This document shows, piece after piece, positions 1 through 12,500 of a DNA stretch of 64,000 nucleotides. The stretch comes from a virus, in IMG/VR virus record IMGVR_UViG_3300046804_004104, positions 5,761-69,760 of that record. One strand, 5' to 3'. Positions within the stretch are counted from its first letter, which is position 1. Every line of letters starts with the position of its first letter. The translations under genes were made by a program, and so were the position numbers. The notes beneath the pieces were generated by a model. That model was not told where the DNA came from. It saw only the letters and a list, made by a program, of their open reading frames with translations, and ran no database searches.

Positions 1-252
1 AATAAAGACAATTTATTTTTATACAATCTTTTAATTTCTTTTTATAATAAAACTGGTTGTCCTATACTTTTAAATACTAGTTTTAATCTTGCAGGGAAAC
101 CATTAATTCAAACAAAAAAACAAGCATTAGATTTTATGGAAGAATTGGATGTATCTGTACCTTTTTCTGGAGTTTATTTTGTGGATGATCAAAAATTAGT
201 TTCCATTAAAAATGGACTTAAACATGTTTTCATGAAAACAGAGTCTAAATAA
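1..252 (+). CDS. carbamoyltransferase (CmcH/NodU family), C-terminal fragment, 5' end outside window
   Basis: Hand translation of frame 1 gives ...YNLLISFYNKTGCPILLNTSFNLAGKPLIQT...; the TG.PILLNTSFN..G.P motif is the carbamoyltransferase C-terminal signature. Stop TAA at 250-252. Confidence 0.85.
   Translation, partial: NKDNLFLYNLLISFYNKTGCPILLNTSFNLAGKPLIQTKKQALDFMEELDVSVPFSGVYFVDDQKLVSIKNGLKHVFMKTESK
244..251 (+). promoter_or_regulatory. T4-type late promoter variant TCTAAATA
   Basis: Variant of TATAAATA overlapping the upstream stop, 26 nt before the ATG at 278. Confidence 0.5.
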
Positions 253-277
253 AAATAGTTATAGTTAGTAAGTTAAA

Positions 278-436
278 ATGTCGGAAGAGTTAACACCAAA
301 AGTAGGTCCAAATGAGGCTGATTCTCCAGCTCCTGCGCCAGAAGATGCAAAAGTATTTGGTTATGATGTAGCTTCTAATGCACAAACAGTAGCTCCAGCA
401 AAACCAAATCCAGCTTCACCTCTAGCCGCAGGTTGA
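278..436 (+). CDS. small Pro/Ala-rich hypothetical protein, 52 aa (not in ORF track)
   Basis: ATG 278 to TGA 436: MSEELTPKVGPNEADSPAPAPEDAKVFGYDVASNAQTVAPAKPNPASPLAAG. Fills the gap, follows a late-promoter motif and abuts the next ATG at 438. Confidence 0.7.
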   Translation: MSEELTPKVGPNEADSPAPAPEDAKVFGYDVASNAQTVAPAKPNPASPLAAG

Positions 437-437
437 T

Positions 438-905
438 ATGACAGAAAAAGAAGCATATATTCACGAATGGATTAAACAAGTATCCACCCCAAAGGATAAA
501 TTGGGTGGGTTTTCTGTTTGTCCATATGCTTCTGGATCAAAAACTTTAATTGTAGAGACTCCATTAGATGGCATTGTACCTCAACCAGGATACGATGTCA
601 TCGTTTTTATTATTGAAGACTTTTGGAGACCAGATCAAGTTGAAAAATGGGTTAAATTATATAATGAAAAGTTCCCATACTACAAGTTTTTTGAAGATCT
701 GTCTTCTAGAGACACTTTTATTAGTGGTGTTAAGACAAATAATGAGAAATTTAACTTAATTTTATGCCAATCGAAGAAAAAATTAAGTGCCATTCGCAAA
801 AAATTAGCTAAAACCGACTATTATTCGTTCTGGACTGAAGAATATTTGGAACAAATTTTAGGAGAGGATGTAGAAATTATCAATTCTGAGGACATTTCGG
901 GATAG
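438..905 (+). CDS. hypothetical protein (W...LGGFSVCPYA N-terminus, loosely DUF1415-like)
   Basis: 155-aa ORF tightly packed with neighbours; family resemblance by eye only. Confidence 0.7.
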   Translation: MTEKEAYIHEWIKQVSTPKDKLGGFSVCPYASGSKTLIVETPLDGIVPQPGYDVIVFIIEDFWRPDQVEKWVKLYNEKFPYYKFFEDLSSRDTFISGVKTNNEKFNLILCQSKKKLSAIRKKLAKTDYYSFWTEEYLEQILGEDVEIINSEDISG

Positions 906-941
906 CAACCCCGTAAAAAGTTCTGATTTTACAATCAGGAG
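898..941 (+). promoter_or_regulatory. two tandem hairpins, the second sequestering the Shine-Dalgarno of the 948 gene
   Basis: CGGG-ATAGCAAC-CCCG (898-913), A-rich linker, then TTCTGATT-TTAC-AATCAGGA (921-940) overlapping AGGAG (937-941), 6 nt before ATG 948. Confidence 0.5.
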
Positions 942-947
942 CTAAAA

Positions 948-1187
948 ATGTCGAATTTACCCGTAGATAGAGATCAAAATTACATGAGAGAGATGTGGGG
1001 AACCACTAGATTAATCACTGATTATATGAAAACTCCGGAAAAAAGAGTAATTCAGGAGGTTATGCATGATTTGGCTCTCAAACACGATTTAAAAAAACAA
1101 ACAGAGCTACATGAAAAGATTCGTAATGATGAAGATTATGATGATTGGTCATATGGTACTGAACCAACATATGGCAAAAAGTGGTAA
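948..1187 (+). CDS. hypothetical protein upstream of gp25
   Basis: 79-aa ORF with AGGAG SD; position typical of small genes before gp25 in T4-like cyanophages. Confidence 0.8.
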   Translation: MSNLPVDRDQNYMREMWGTTRLITDYMKTPEKRVIQEVMHDLALKHDLKKQTELHEKIRNDEDYDDWSYGTEPTYGKKW

Positions 1188-1204
1188 AAAGGTCTTATAC
1201 ATAT

Positions 1205-1212
1205 AATAAATA
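1205..1212 (+). promoter_or_regulatory. late promoter AATAAATA
   Basis: NATAAATA in the intergenic gap 15 nt before gp25. Confidence 0.65.
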
Positions 1213-1227
1213 CCCTTAGTTTGAGTA

Positions 1228-1626
1228 ATGACTAGGATTTCTCGCAAATTTAAAGACATCAGTCTCTCTTTTGTGAGGAATCCTGTAACTAATGATATTC
1301 TTGCAATTAATGATGCTGATGCAATTAAAAAGTCTGTTGTTAATTTGGTTAGAACCAGAGTAGGCGAAAGATTTTTTAATTCTTTAATAGGATCTAATGT
1401 TGAAAATTCTATGTTTGAATTGCAAACCCCAGAGGTTGCATATTCTCTTGAATTGGATATTAAAACTCTTTTAAAAAATTTTGAAAATAGAATTTCTTTA
1501 GTATCTGTTTCGATAACATATCCTGAAGATTCTAATGAATTTAATGTTAAAATTGTATATAATATAATTGGATTAGCTATTCCATCTCAAACTGTAGATT
1601 TTATACTACAACCTACTAGAGTCTAA
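1228..1626 (+). CDS. gp25: baseplate wedge subunit gp25
   Basis: FKDISLSF..NPVTND...DAIKKSVVNLVRT..GERFFN..IGS motif of the GPW/gp25 family; directly upstream of gp6. Confidence 0.93.
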   Translation: MTRISRKFKDISLSFVRNPVTNDILAINDADAIKKSVVNLVRTRVGERFFNSLIGSNVENSMFELQTPEVAYSLELDIKTLLKNFENRISLVSVSITYPEDSNEFNVKIVYNIIGLAIPSQTVDFILQPTRV

Positions 1627-3500
1627 TGTCATTCAATCAATTTACAAATTTAGACTTCGGTGATCTAAGGATTCAGATCAAAGATTATTTGCGTGCAAAT
1701 CAAAATTTTACAGATTTTGATTTTGAAGGATCTAATTTTTCAGTTTTAATAGATCTATTAGCGTATAATAGTTATATAACTGCTTATAACACAAACATGG
1801 CAGTTAATGAAATGTTCTTAGAGAGTGCAACTCTTAGAGAAAATGTAGTTTCACTTGCTAGAAATATTGGATATTTACCTAGATCTAGAAGATCATCAAG
1901 GGCAAATGTCAGTTTTACAGTTGATATGAGTCAAACTAATGCTAGAACTGTAAAATTATTAGCTGGACAAGTTGCTCTTGGTGCAGTAACAAATGGTAAT
2001 TATATTTTTTCAATTCCAGAAGATATTATAACACCAGTAAATACTGACGGAATAGCTATTTTTGATAATCTACCAATCTATGAAGGAATATTTTTAACTA
2101 GTACTTTTATTGTAGATCAATCTCAAGCAAATCAAAGATTTATTTTACCAAATGTCAATATAGATACAACTTCGATTAGAGTTAAAGTTACTAATGCTGT
2201 AACTGAAATTTATTCTGTCTTTGATAATTTATTGAATGTTGGTAAAGACAATAGATTTTTCTTAATTCAAGAAGTTGAAGATGCAAAATATGAAATAAGA
2301 TTTGGTGATAATATAATTGGTAAAAAACCAGAAAACGGTAGTAAAATAGAAGTAAGTTATATTGTAACAAATGGATCTTCTGGTAATGGAGCTGCAAACT
2401 TTACATTTTCCGGTAGATTAAAAGATAATAATCTATTTGATGTTACTACTGGTATTTCATTGTTAACAACACAATCAAAATCTGAGAGTGGTGATGAAAT
2501 TGAATCTGTTGATTCTATTAAATATTTTTCACCTAAAGTTTTTGCTTCTCAATATCGTGCTGTAACGGCAAATGACTATAAAGCTATTATTCCATATGTT
2601 TATCCAAATGTAGAATCCGTTAATGCTTATGGTGGAGATGAATTGGAACCACCAGAGTATGGAAAAGTTTTCATATCAATAAAACCAAGAAACGGAACAT
2701 TCCTGTCAGAAATTACGAAACAAACAATATTAAACACAATTAAAAAATATTCAATAGCTGGAATTAGACCAGAAATTGTAGATTTGTCTTATCTTTATAT
2801 TGAATTGGACATTTCTGCTTATTATAATGCAAATTTATCAAGTAATCCAGAAATAGTTAAAACTAAAGTAGTTGATACTTTAACTGAATATTCTAATTCT
2901 AAAGATGTTAATAGTTTTGGTGGTAGATTTAAATATAGTAAAATTGTTGGATTGGTAGATGACTGTGATAAAGCGATCACCTCTAATATAACAAAAGTTA
3001 AAATGAGAAGAGATTTGAATCCTGAAATAAATTCTTTTGCAACCTATGAACTTTGTTTTGGAAACAGAATACATACTAAAGATGGCGGATATTCCATAAA
3101 ATCTACGGGATTTTTCGTCAATGGAGTATCTGATGTCCTTTATATGTCAGATAGTCCATCTGCAACGAATAAAACAACAGGAACTATATTTTTCTTTAAA
3201 TTGGAAAATAATCTGCCTGTAATTGTTAAAAATAATGCAGGAACAGTTGATTATATTAGAGGTGAAATTAGATTAGATGTTGTAAATATAACCGCATCAG
3301 TTTTAAGTAATGGTTTTGTTGAGGTTCAAGCAATTCCAGAGTCTAATGATGTTATAGGACTCCAAGATTTATATTTGCAATTAGATGTTAAAACTTCTGT
3401 GGTAAATATTGTAGAAGATGTTGTTAGTTCGGGTGAAAATTCTTCTGCAACTCAATATGTAACTACATCCAGTTATCTAAACGGAAAGTATACGAGATAA
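1626..3500 (+). CDS. gp6: baseplate wedge protein gp6
   Basis: NLDF..LR..IKDYL...FTDFDFEGSNFSVLIDLLAYN, ESATLRENVVSLARNIGY and QYRAVTANDY are gp6 hallmarks. Confidence 0.95.
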   Translation: MSFNQFTNLDFGDLRIQIKDYLRANQNFTDFDFEGSNFSVLIDLLAYNSYITAYNTNMAVNEMFLESATLRENVVSLARNIGYLPRSRRSSRANVSFTVDMSQTNARTVKLLAGQVALGAVTNGNYIFSIPEDIITPVNTDGIAIFDNLPIYEGIFLTSTFIVDQSQANQRFILPNVNIDTTSIRVKVTNAVTEIYSVFDNLLNVGKDNRFFLIQEVEDAKYEIRFGDNIIGKKPENGSKIEVSYIVTNGSSGNGAANFTFSGRLKDNNLFDVTTGISLLTTQSKSESGDEIESVDSIKYFSPKVFASQYRAVTANDYKAIIPYVYPNVESVNAYGGDELEPPEYGKVFISIKPRNGTFLSEITKQTILNTIKKYSIAGIRPEIVDLSYLYIELDISAYYNANLSSNPEIVKTKVVDTLTEYSNSKDVNSFGGRFKYSKIVGLVDDCDKAITSNITKVKMRRDLNPEINSFATYELCFGNRIHTKDGGYSIKSTGFFVNGVSDVLYMSDSPSATNKTTGTIFFFKLENNLPVIVKNNAGTVDYIRGEIRLDVVNITASVLSNGFVEVQAIPESNDVIGLQDLYLQLDVKTSVVNIVEDVVSSGENSSATQYVTTSSYLNGKYTR

Positions 3501-3501
3501 A

Positions 3502-6500
3502 ATGTCAGAAATCAAAAGAGTAAAAATCGGTTCTATTATAGAATCTCAAATTCCAGAATTTTTATCTACAGAGTCTCCTCTTCTTGTAGAATTTTTAGAA
3601 CAGTATTATAAATCTTTAGAACACCAATCTGGTGCTATTGATATTATTTCCAATATTTCTAAGTATAAAAATACTAAAAAATTCAATAATATTGATTTAG
3701 TAAAAGAAACAACTCTGACATCTGATGTTTTAAGTTTTGATCAAACAATAAATGTCACATCGACTGAAGGTTGGCCGGACTCTTATGGTTTGTTAAAAAT
3801 AAACGATGAAATTATCACATATACTTCAAAAACTGATATATCATTTGATAATTGTATTAGGGGATTTAGTGGAATTGAGAATTTAAGAGCATTAGATAAT
3901 CCAGAATTTGCCGTATTTTCTTCTACTCAGTCTTCTGAACATTCTTCTGGTGATATTGTTAAAAATTTAAGTAATTTATTTTTAATTGAATTTTTTGAAA
4001 AATTTAAATATGAATTTTTACCTGGATTTGAATCTAGAGATTTTTATGAAAATATATCCATAGAAAATATATCATATAAAATTAAAGATCTATATTCTTC
4101 AAAAGGAACAGATCAGTCATATAAACTATTATTTAAAGTACTGTATGGATCTGACATTGAAATTATTAAACCACAGGAATTTACATTATCTCCATCTTCA
4201 AATTCATATTTTATAACAAAAAATATTCTTGTAGAAAAAATTTCTGGCGGCAATCCAATAGACATTAAGGGTAATTTTCTATTTCAAAATATATCTGGAA
4301 TAGGTACAGTTAGCGCTTCAATCTTTAATGTTGAGTATAGACCTGTAGCTAATAAAAATTTTTATGAGGTTTCTTTAGACAGCACTTCGTTTAGTGGAAG
4401 TTTTGAAGTTTCCGGTAAAACTAGAATATTAGAAGATGTTTCTGTAAATAGTAATAGTATTTTAGTTGATTCTACTGTAGGATTTGCTAATTCTGGATCA
4501 CTTTTAGTAAAACCAAAAAATTCTGACTATATTTCAATTAATTATTCAGGAAAAACAGTCAATCAGTTTACTGGAGTTACAAATGTAATTAAACCTTTAG
4601 ATTTTGGATTAGATTTAGTAGAAGAAAAATTTGCTTTTAGTTATGTTGGTACTGGTAATACATCTAAGGTTGAATTTAGAGTTGTTAATGTAATCGATAA
4701 TATTGATTTTTCTAAAACATCAAATTTAAGAGTGGGAGATACAATATCCCTATCGGGTTTTGGTAGAGATTTATTTAATCAATATGAATTTAATAGTTGG
4801 ATTTATAATCTTCCAACAAATCATAATATTAATATAATTTCTCAAGTTGATGCTACAAAATATAGAATTGAATTATTTGATAAAATTTATTTTTATAACC
4901 AAGAGCCTATTTTACTAGTAAATTTGGCAGGAGATACTTTAGAAGTTAAAGTTATTTCAATTGAGTATTCTCCATCAGATGTAATTAAAAAATATAGTAA
5001 AAATATTTTAGTTCAAGTAGTAAATTCTGGATCTTTTAATGTATTAAATTCTGTTGGAATACGCAAAAAAATCTATAAAGCAAATCATTATAATAATTAT
5101 TTTGATAATATTAATAATATACCCTCAGGAGTTCAAAATACTTATATTGATGCAGAAGAAAAATATTTTTATGTAACATCATCCGGATTACCAAATTATA
5201 CTATTTTTTCAACTGATAATAAAAAAACAGTAACAACTAATGTAGGCGTTTCTATAACAGATACATTTAATGTTTCTGAACACAATTTCTTAAGTGGAGA
5301 ATTGGTTTATTATCAACCAGAAACATCATCTGGAATATTAACAGGACTTTATTACGCTACAAAAATTGATAATAATAAACTGAAATTATCTTATAGTAAA
5401 TCTGATGTTTTTTCAAAAAAATATGTTCAGACTACTTCATCAGTAACTAATGATATTTTATATAAGTCTGGTTATCAAAATAAAACTTTAAATCATCAAA
5501 AATTGTTGAAAAAATTTGCTTTCAACAGAATTAAAGCTACATTTGATGATTTAAATAAAAGAACTACTTTTAATAGAGAAATTGGTCTATTAATAAATGG
5601 TGTAGAATTGTTATCACCAACTTTATTTGATGAAAATATTTACTATGGTGGAATAACATCTATTGATGTTACTAATGTTGGCGAAGATTATGATGTAATT
5701 GATGTTCCTCCTCTAGAAATAAAAGATGATTCTGGAACTGGCGTTAAAGCTCATGTAAATCTTTCCGGTACTGTAAGAGAAGTTAAAATATTAAATGCTG
5801 GATATGGTTATCAGGAAAAACCAAAAATTACAATTAAAGGTGGAAATGGAAAAAATTGTGTATTGGAATCAAATTTCGTCAATACTCAGGTTTCTGTAGG
5901 ATTTAAAGCAGATTTAAATGTAACTCCTGCAAGTAATACAATACAGTTCCTAAATTCTATTCCATTTGAAGATGGAGAAGAAATCATCTATGACTCCAAT
6001 AAAAATAGTAATCTTCCAGGAATTATCAATAGTTCAACATATTTCGTTGGTATCTTAACAGACAACAAAATTAAATTATTTAATTCAAGAATAGATGCTC
6101 TTCAAAAAACAAATGAAATAGACATTGTTGGAGTTTCCTCTGGATTCCATTTTATAAGAACATTAAAAAATAAAAATACTTTTACAAAAATTTATGTTAA
6201 AAATCCTGGAGAAGGATATTCAAATAGAAAAGTAAAAGTTCCTTCAATACTTTCCGGTGATAATAGAACTTCTGGAATTAATACTTTTGATTCATATATT
6301 TTTGCAAAAAATCATGGATTTTCAAATGAAGACTATGTAATATATAATTCTTCAAATACGGCAATAAGTGGATTATCCTCTTCAATTTACTATAAAGTTA
6401 AAATAATTGATGATAATAAATTTAGACTTTATGAAGCTGGAGTCAGTACAAACTTAAGTAACGAAAATTATTTTAAAAATAAATTTGTTAAATTTAATTC

Positions 6501-9500
6501 ACTAGGAATTGGTACTCATACGATAGAATATCCACCAATTGAAATACATGTAGAATCAAAATCTGCAATAGGATCCACAACAATAATACAAACAGAATTA
6601 AAACCAATCGTATTGGGATCAATTCAAGATGTTTATGTTGAAGATGGGGGGGTAGGATATGGATGCACAAATATTATTAATTATCATAGAAGACCAAACA
6701 CTGGAATTTCAAGTATAAAATCTGAAGCTATTTTAAAACCAATTATTATTGATGGATCAATAGTTGATGTTCAAATTATAGGAAGGGGTGATGGATTTAG
6801 ATCAAATTCCGAGATAATAGTTTCTGGAGAAGGAAATTATGCACAGTTGGAACCAATTGTAGAAAATGGCAAATTGATGGCCGTAAATATTGTTTTTGGT
6901 GGTGTTGGATATAATCCTTCAAATACTATTTTGACATTGAAAAATAGAGGAAGAAATGCTAAGTTTTTAGCGAATGTAAATGAATGGAAAATAAATCAGG
7001 TATTGAAGAGTAAAAATATTATTAACAATGAAGATGATGGAATTTTACATGTAAGTAAAAACCCAGAACTTGGACTTCAGTTCATTAATTTTTATGTCCC
7101 TAAAAACTTAAGATATCAACTTACCGATAATTTTGGCGATGATAATAAAGAAAATACTGGTATATTAAATCACTCACCAATTTTAGGTTATGCATATGAT
7201 GGTAATCCTATTTACGGTCCATATGCTTATAATACCACTACTGGTGGATTTATAAGGAGAATGAATTCTAGTTATGTGTTAAATGTAGATTTGACTCCTG
7301 GAAAAAGACCTCCATTATTTGAGAATGGATTTTTTATTAATGATTATATCTATGATGGATCTGGCGACTTAGATCAACATAATGGTAGATTTGCAATAAC
7401 TCCAGAATACCCTAACGGTGTTTATGCATATTTTGCTACAATAGATGTTAATGCTTCAAATGAATCTGTACCAAAATATCCATATGTAGTTGGTTCCTAT
7501 TTTTATAATAATCCAGTCGAAGAAAACTTTTTACCTGCATTTAATCAAAATTTTGACATCTTTGGTACAAACTTAACCAGAAATGTTGGCCCATATTATT
7601 TAAATGCAACTAATTCATATTATGAATTAATTGATAAAGTACAACCGGAATATAAACAAGAATTTACTATAACATCAATAAATTCTGGTAAAATAGAAGA
7701 TATATCTATATTTTCTTCTGGTGATAATTATAAAGTAAATGATCCCGTAGAAGTAGATATAACTGATACTGATGGAATACAATCAAATATTGTTGTAAGT
7801 GAATTGGATGGTAGAGAAATTTCCGATTTTAGTCTAATAGGAGAAACAATTAATAATTTAGAATTTTTTGTAAAAATTCCAAATACCACTGTAACTACTA
7901 GTTCTCCGCATGGACTCACAAATGGTCAACCAGTTTTAATCAGTGGTATTTCTACAATTACTGCATCCCAATTTGAAGGAATTCAATATGCCCAAGTTAA
8001 TACAAAAGAATCTCAGTTAATGGAAAATGTTGATGATGTCAGTATTACTGGTATATCAACATTTATAAAAGTAAAAGACATTAATGGATTTAAAGTTAAT
8101 GATTTTATAGGAATAGGTACAGAAGTTTTACTAATCACCAATGTTGATTCTAAACGATCCGGATTTTATGTAAATAGACTTCAAAATACAGGAATTCATA
8201 CCGTTGGAATTGATAATGTTATTTTATTACCAAGAGAATTTAAAATTCCAACAAAAGATGTAAAAAACTATACATTCCAAAATTATACTACATTTTTTGA
8301 TCCAAGATTTTCTGTTGGTATTGGTACAAGTGGTTCAACTCGTACTATTGTTGGACTTGGAACCACCTCATTTGAAACTAGATTTATTCCACCTAGAAGC
8401 ATATATCTACCAGGTCATAAATTTTATACTGGTCAACCTTTAATTTATAATTCTGGATCTGGAGTTGCAGGCACATCCTTATATGTTAATAATGTTGGAT
8501 CTGGCGTTTCTTTTAAATTGCAAGATAATCAAATAGTTTATGCAGTAAATTTAGGTAAAGATTATGTTGGATTGTCTACTATTGGATTTACAAGTTCTAT
8601 AGGTATAGGAACTAATAATAATTCTTTAGAATTCTGGAACCAAGAAAAAGCCTATGGTGTAATTGGAGCTGCTCATTCACTGACTACTTTAAATCCTAGG
8701 ATAACCGGAAACCTACAAAAGACACTTGGAGTAGTAACCACAACATCAAATCATAATTTACAAGTAAATGATATTATAAAATTCAATGTATCAACGGATT
8801 ATAATGAGGTTATAAAAGTTATTTTTGATCCAGTAAATAGAAAAATTTTAATGAGGGAAATTGCATTTTCCACTAGTGATGTATCAGTAAGTGATAATTC
8901 AATAGATCTTTCTTCGTATGATGGTAATGTGGAGACTGGAGATAAAGTAGTTTATATTTCTCAAGTTCCTATTGGGGGATTATCTAATTATGGAATTTAT
9001 TATGTTTCAAAAACTAGTTACGATTCTATAAGATTATGTCAATATAGAAGTGATTTGGAAGAATCTAATTTTATAGATTTTTCTAGCTCTGGTTCTGGCC
9101 AACATAAACTTTATTTTATTAATCCACAAATTGGTTGTATAAGAACAACAAAAATAGAATTTGATTTATCGGATTTAAGTTTATTGAATTTAAATTTACA
9201 ATTTTACTATGATGTGAACTTTATTGAAAGAATTAACGAAAGAAGTGGATTTTTTGTATCTAGATCTGGAATTCCTGGAAATGCTGGATCTAAAGTTATT
9301 TTAGATCTATCTGAGCAGTTTTTTCCAATATATTACCAGTTCCTACCCCAAGGATCATCGGAAGAAAGTAAAAAACAAATATCTACAGATTTTGATGTAA
9401 TATCAAATAATAAAATTTCAATAATAAATCACCAACTCAATGACAAATTTGTTGTAACAACAACTCCATCTAACAAAACATTTACATTTGATAACAATAA

Positions 9501-12500
9501 AAAACTAACAGAAATTGAAAAACAAATTCTTAATCAAAATTTAACAACTTTTTCTTATAAGACTACTTCAACTAATGCTTTAGGGCCAATATCCAAACTA
9601 AAAATTAATTTTTCAGGTAGAGGATATAAAAAATTACCAATTGTAAAAAGAGTTAAAAGTGATTTAGGTACTAATGCAGTTGTTAAAGTAATATCTCCAA
9701 CTATTGGAAGAGTGGAAACTTTTGATAGAGTAAAAGATGGATTTGATTATCCAACAGATCCAACACTTTCTCCATCTTTGAGTGTGCCAACTATTATTGG
9801 AGTAAAAGATATAAGAACAATAGATTATATTGGAATAGTTACTGGAGGGAGAAGATATAATAGTTCTCCAAAATTAATAGTAAAAAATGATACTAATGGA
9901 ATAGAACTTAATTCTAACATAGCTGGTGGATCCATAGTTTCTGTGGATGTTACTAAAAATTCTACTTCTATATCCAAACCACTTGAAATAATATCAATTC
10001 ATAATTCAAATGGATACGAAATTGATTCAATTTCTGTAGTTGGAAATTTAGTAACATTGGAACTAACAAATAATCCAGCTTCAAATAATCCTTTTATACC
10101 TTCTGGATTTGGTAAAAATGATTATGTTTATCCTTTTGTTATTGGAGATAAAATTTTTATTGAAAATTGTAGACTTACATCAGCAACTTCTGGATTAGCT
10201 AATTATAATTCTGATGCATATGATTATGCATTTTTTGATGTTGTGGGAGTAAACACAACTAATAATACCATAACTTATGACATGACTGGTATTTCTACGG
10301 GATCTTTTGGTACATATGATGATGACTTCAATTTAGGAATTGTAATTAACAAAAATGATATGCCAATTTTTGATATGATATTAAAAGATGATGTTAATTA
10401 TGTTTCTAATGAAAAAATATCTTCTTCAAAATTTTCTGGTTTAATAATGGAAAATGGTTGGGATGGAACACTCAACCAAATGAGATTGAAAAATATTTCT
10501 GGAGAAATAAATGTTGGAGATAAAATTTTTGGCGAGATATCTAGAATTAACGGAACAGTAGAATATTTTGATGTATTTAATTTGTATGCAACTTTGGGAG
10601 TTTCTCGTGACAAAACATCTTCAATAGATTTTACATCTGGAATTTTAAATGATTATTCTCAGAGAATATCTGATAATTTCTACTATCAAAAATTCTCTTA
10701 TTCAATCAGGGGAAATATTCCATATAATATTTGGAGAGAGTCTGTAAGATCTATCGTTCATCCGTCTGGATTTAAAGAATTTTCTGATTTAGAAGTTTTT
10801 ACAGAACCAACTTTAGAGTCAGTTAATGTTGGTATTGCTAAATCAACAAATATGAAGCCTAAATTAGTAACTTCAGATTCATCTACATTACTTAATGTTG
10901 ATTCAAAAGTTATGTTTAGCGAGAAGAAAAATTTTGCTAAAGTTTATGAAGAAGAAGTATTAACAGATGGTTCCACTCAAAATATATTTTTTGATGGAGG
11001 AATAGATTTAAGTTCTTATATTGTAAATAAAACGAATAAAGTCATTGAAATTGACGATATAAGTGATCAATTTGATGGAACTTCGGAACAATATTTGCAA
11101 GGTAGATTTGCAGACGCTTCTGACTTGTTAGATCTCAATAGAGAATTTATTCAAGAAGAAGTCGTAGCTTTTGTTGAATATAATTATCCCAACATAGGAT
11201 TAAGTACAACTTATAATCAAACAAAGTGTAAAAGAGATGTTGGTTATATAGTTGATGCAATATCGCATGATATTAAATATAATTCTAATAGTAAATCTGT
11301 TGAAGCTGGTTTATACTATTGGAATGCAGGAGTTTCATATGTAACTAATGAAACTGAAGAGACTTTATTTGCTTATAATTATGTAAAGTTTTTAAGTCAA
11401 TATATCATAAACAATCAAAGTCCCCCAACTTTGTATCAATCATCCGTAGATCAGCAATTTAACTTTGCTTTAATACCTGATCCACTCAATCCAGATGTAA
11501 ACAGATATAAGGATTCTAGAAATTTAATTCTTGCAAATAAAAAAGAAATTTTAGATAAATCTTTAGCATCTGTTGCAATAGGATTTTCTGACTTCTATTT
11601 CCCCGGAGATACTCAAACCAATGCAAGATCTAGATATTATGATGGATATAGATTAATTCAACAAAATAGAACCGAAATTATTGATACAGCTTGGTCAAAT
11701 ACACTTGTTGTTTATCCTGGAATTTCAACTACTATTTCCAAATGTAAGAGAGACTTGGGATATTTTGTAGATGCTGTTTCAACTGATGTATTTACTGGTG
11801 GGAACAATTATTCCAGAGAATTTGTACTTCAATATTTTAATAATGGATTCCCAATCTCAAATGGATTGGTTGGTGAAGAAGCGGAATCTATCTATGCTTT
11901 CTGTCAAGCAAGAGATTTGATGAGGTCTGCTGTAAGAAATGGACTTACAATAAAAGATCTTACAATTACGGCAGGCCCGGCTAACTATGGTGTTGGTACA
12001 ACAGTAGGAATAACATCTACTGCGGCTTGTACTGATGTTCAGGTTAATATTGTTAGTTTAGTTGGGATTGTTACAGCGGTTATTTCCGCAGGAACTACAG
12101 CGGGATTACCATCGTTGAATGTTGGTACTTATACTACCGGTGGAAATAAATGTTATCGTGATCTGGGATATATTGTTGATGCAGTTGCTCAAGATTTGGC
12201 TTATGGTACAAATCAACATATAGTATATTCAACTAAGAAATATTTTACTGGAGTTGGTGCTGCACTAACAACTGGTCTTTTGGGTGAAGAATCTCAATCT
12301 GTTTATGCTTTTGAAAGTGCAAAAGAATATATTAAAAAAGCAATAACAAATCAATTAAATGTCAAAGATCTTACTATCACTGCCGATCCTATAACAGGAT
12401 TTAATACCAGTCCATCATCCTGTTCAGATGTTCAAACCAATGTTAATACCTTAGTAGGTATTTTAACAGTTGCAATTGGATCTAGTAGTTTGTCTGGTAT

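Noticed and set aside
898-920. Calling the first hairpin a preQ1 riboswitch
   Set aside because: The stem and A-tail are similar but the conserved loop nucleotides are not matched; kept only as an unassigned candidate.
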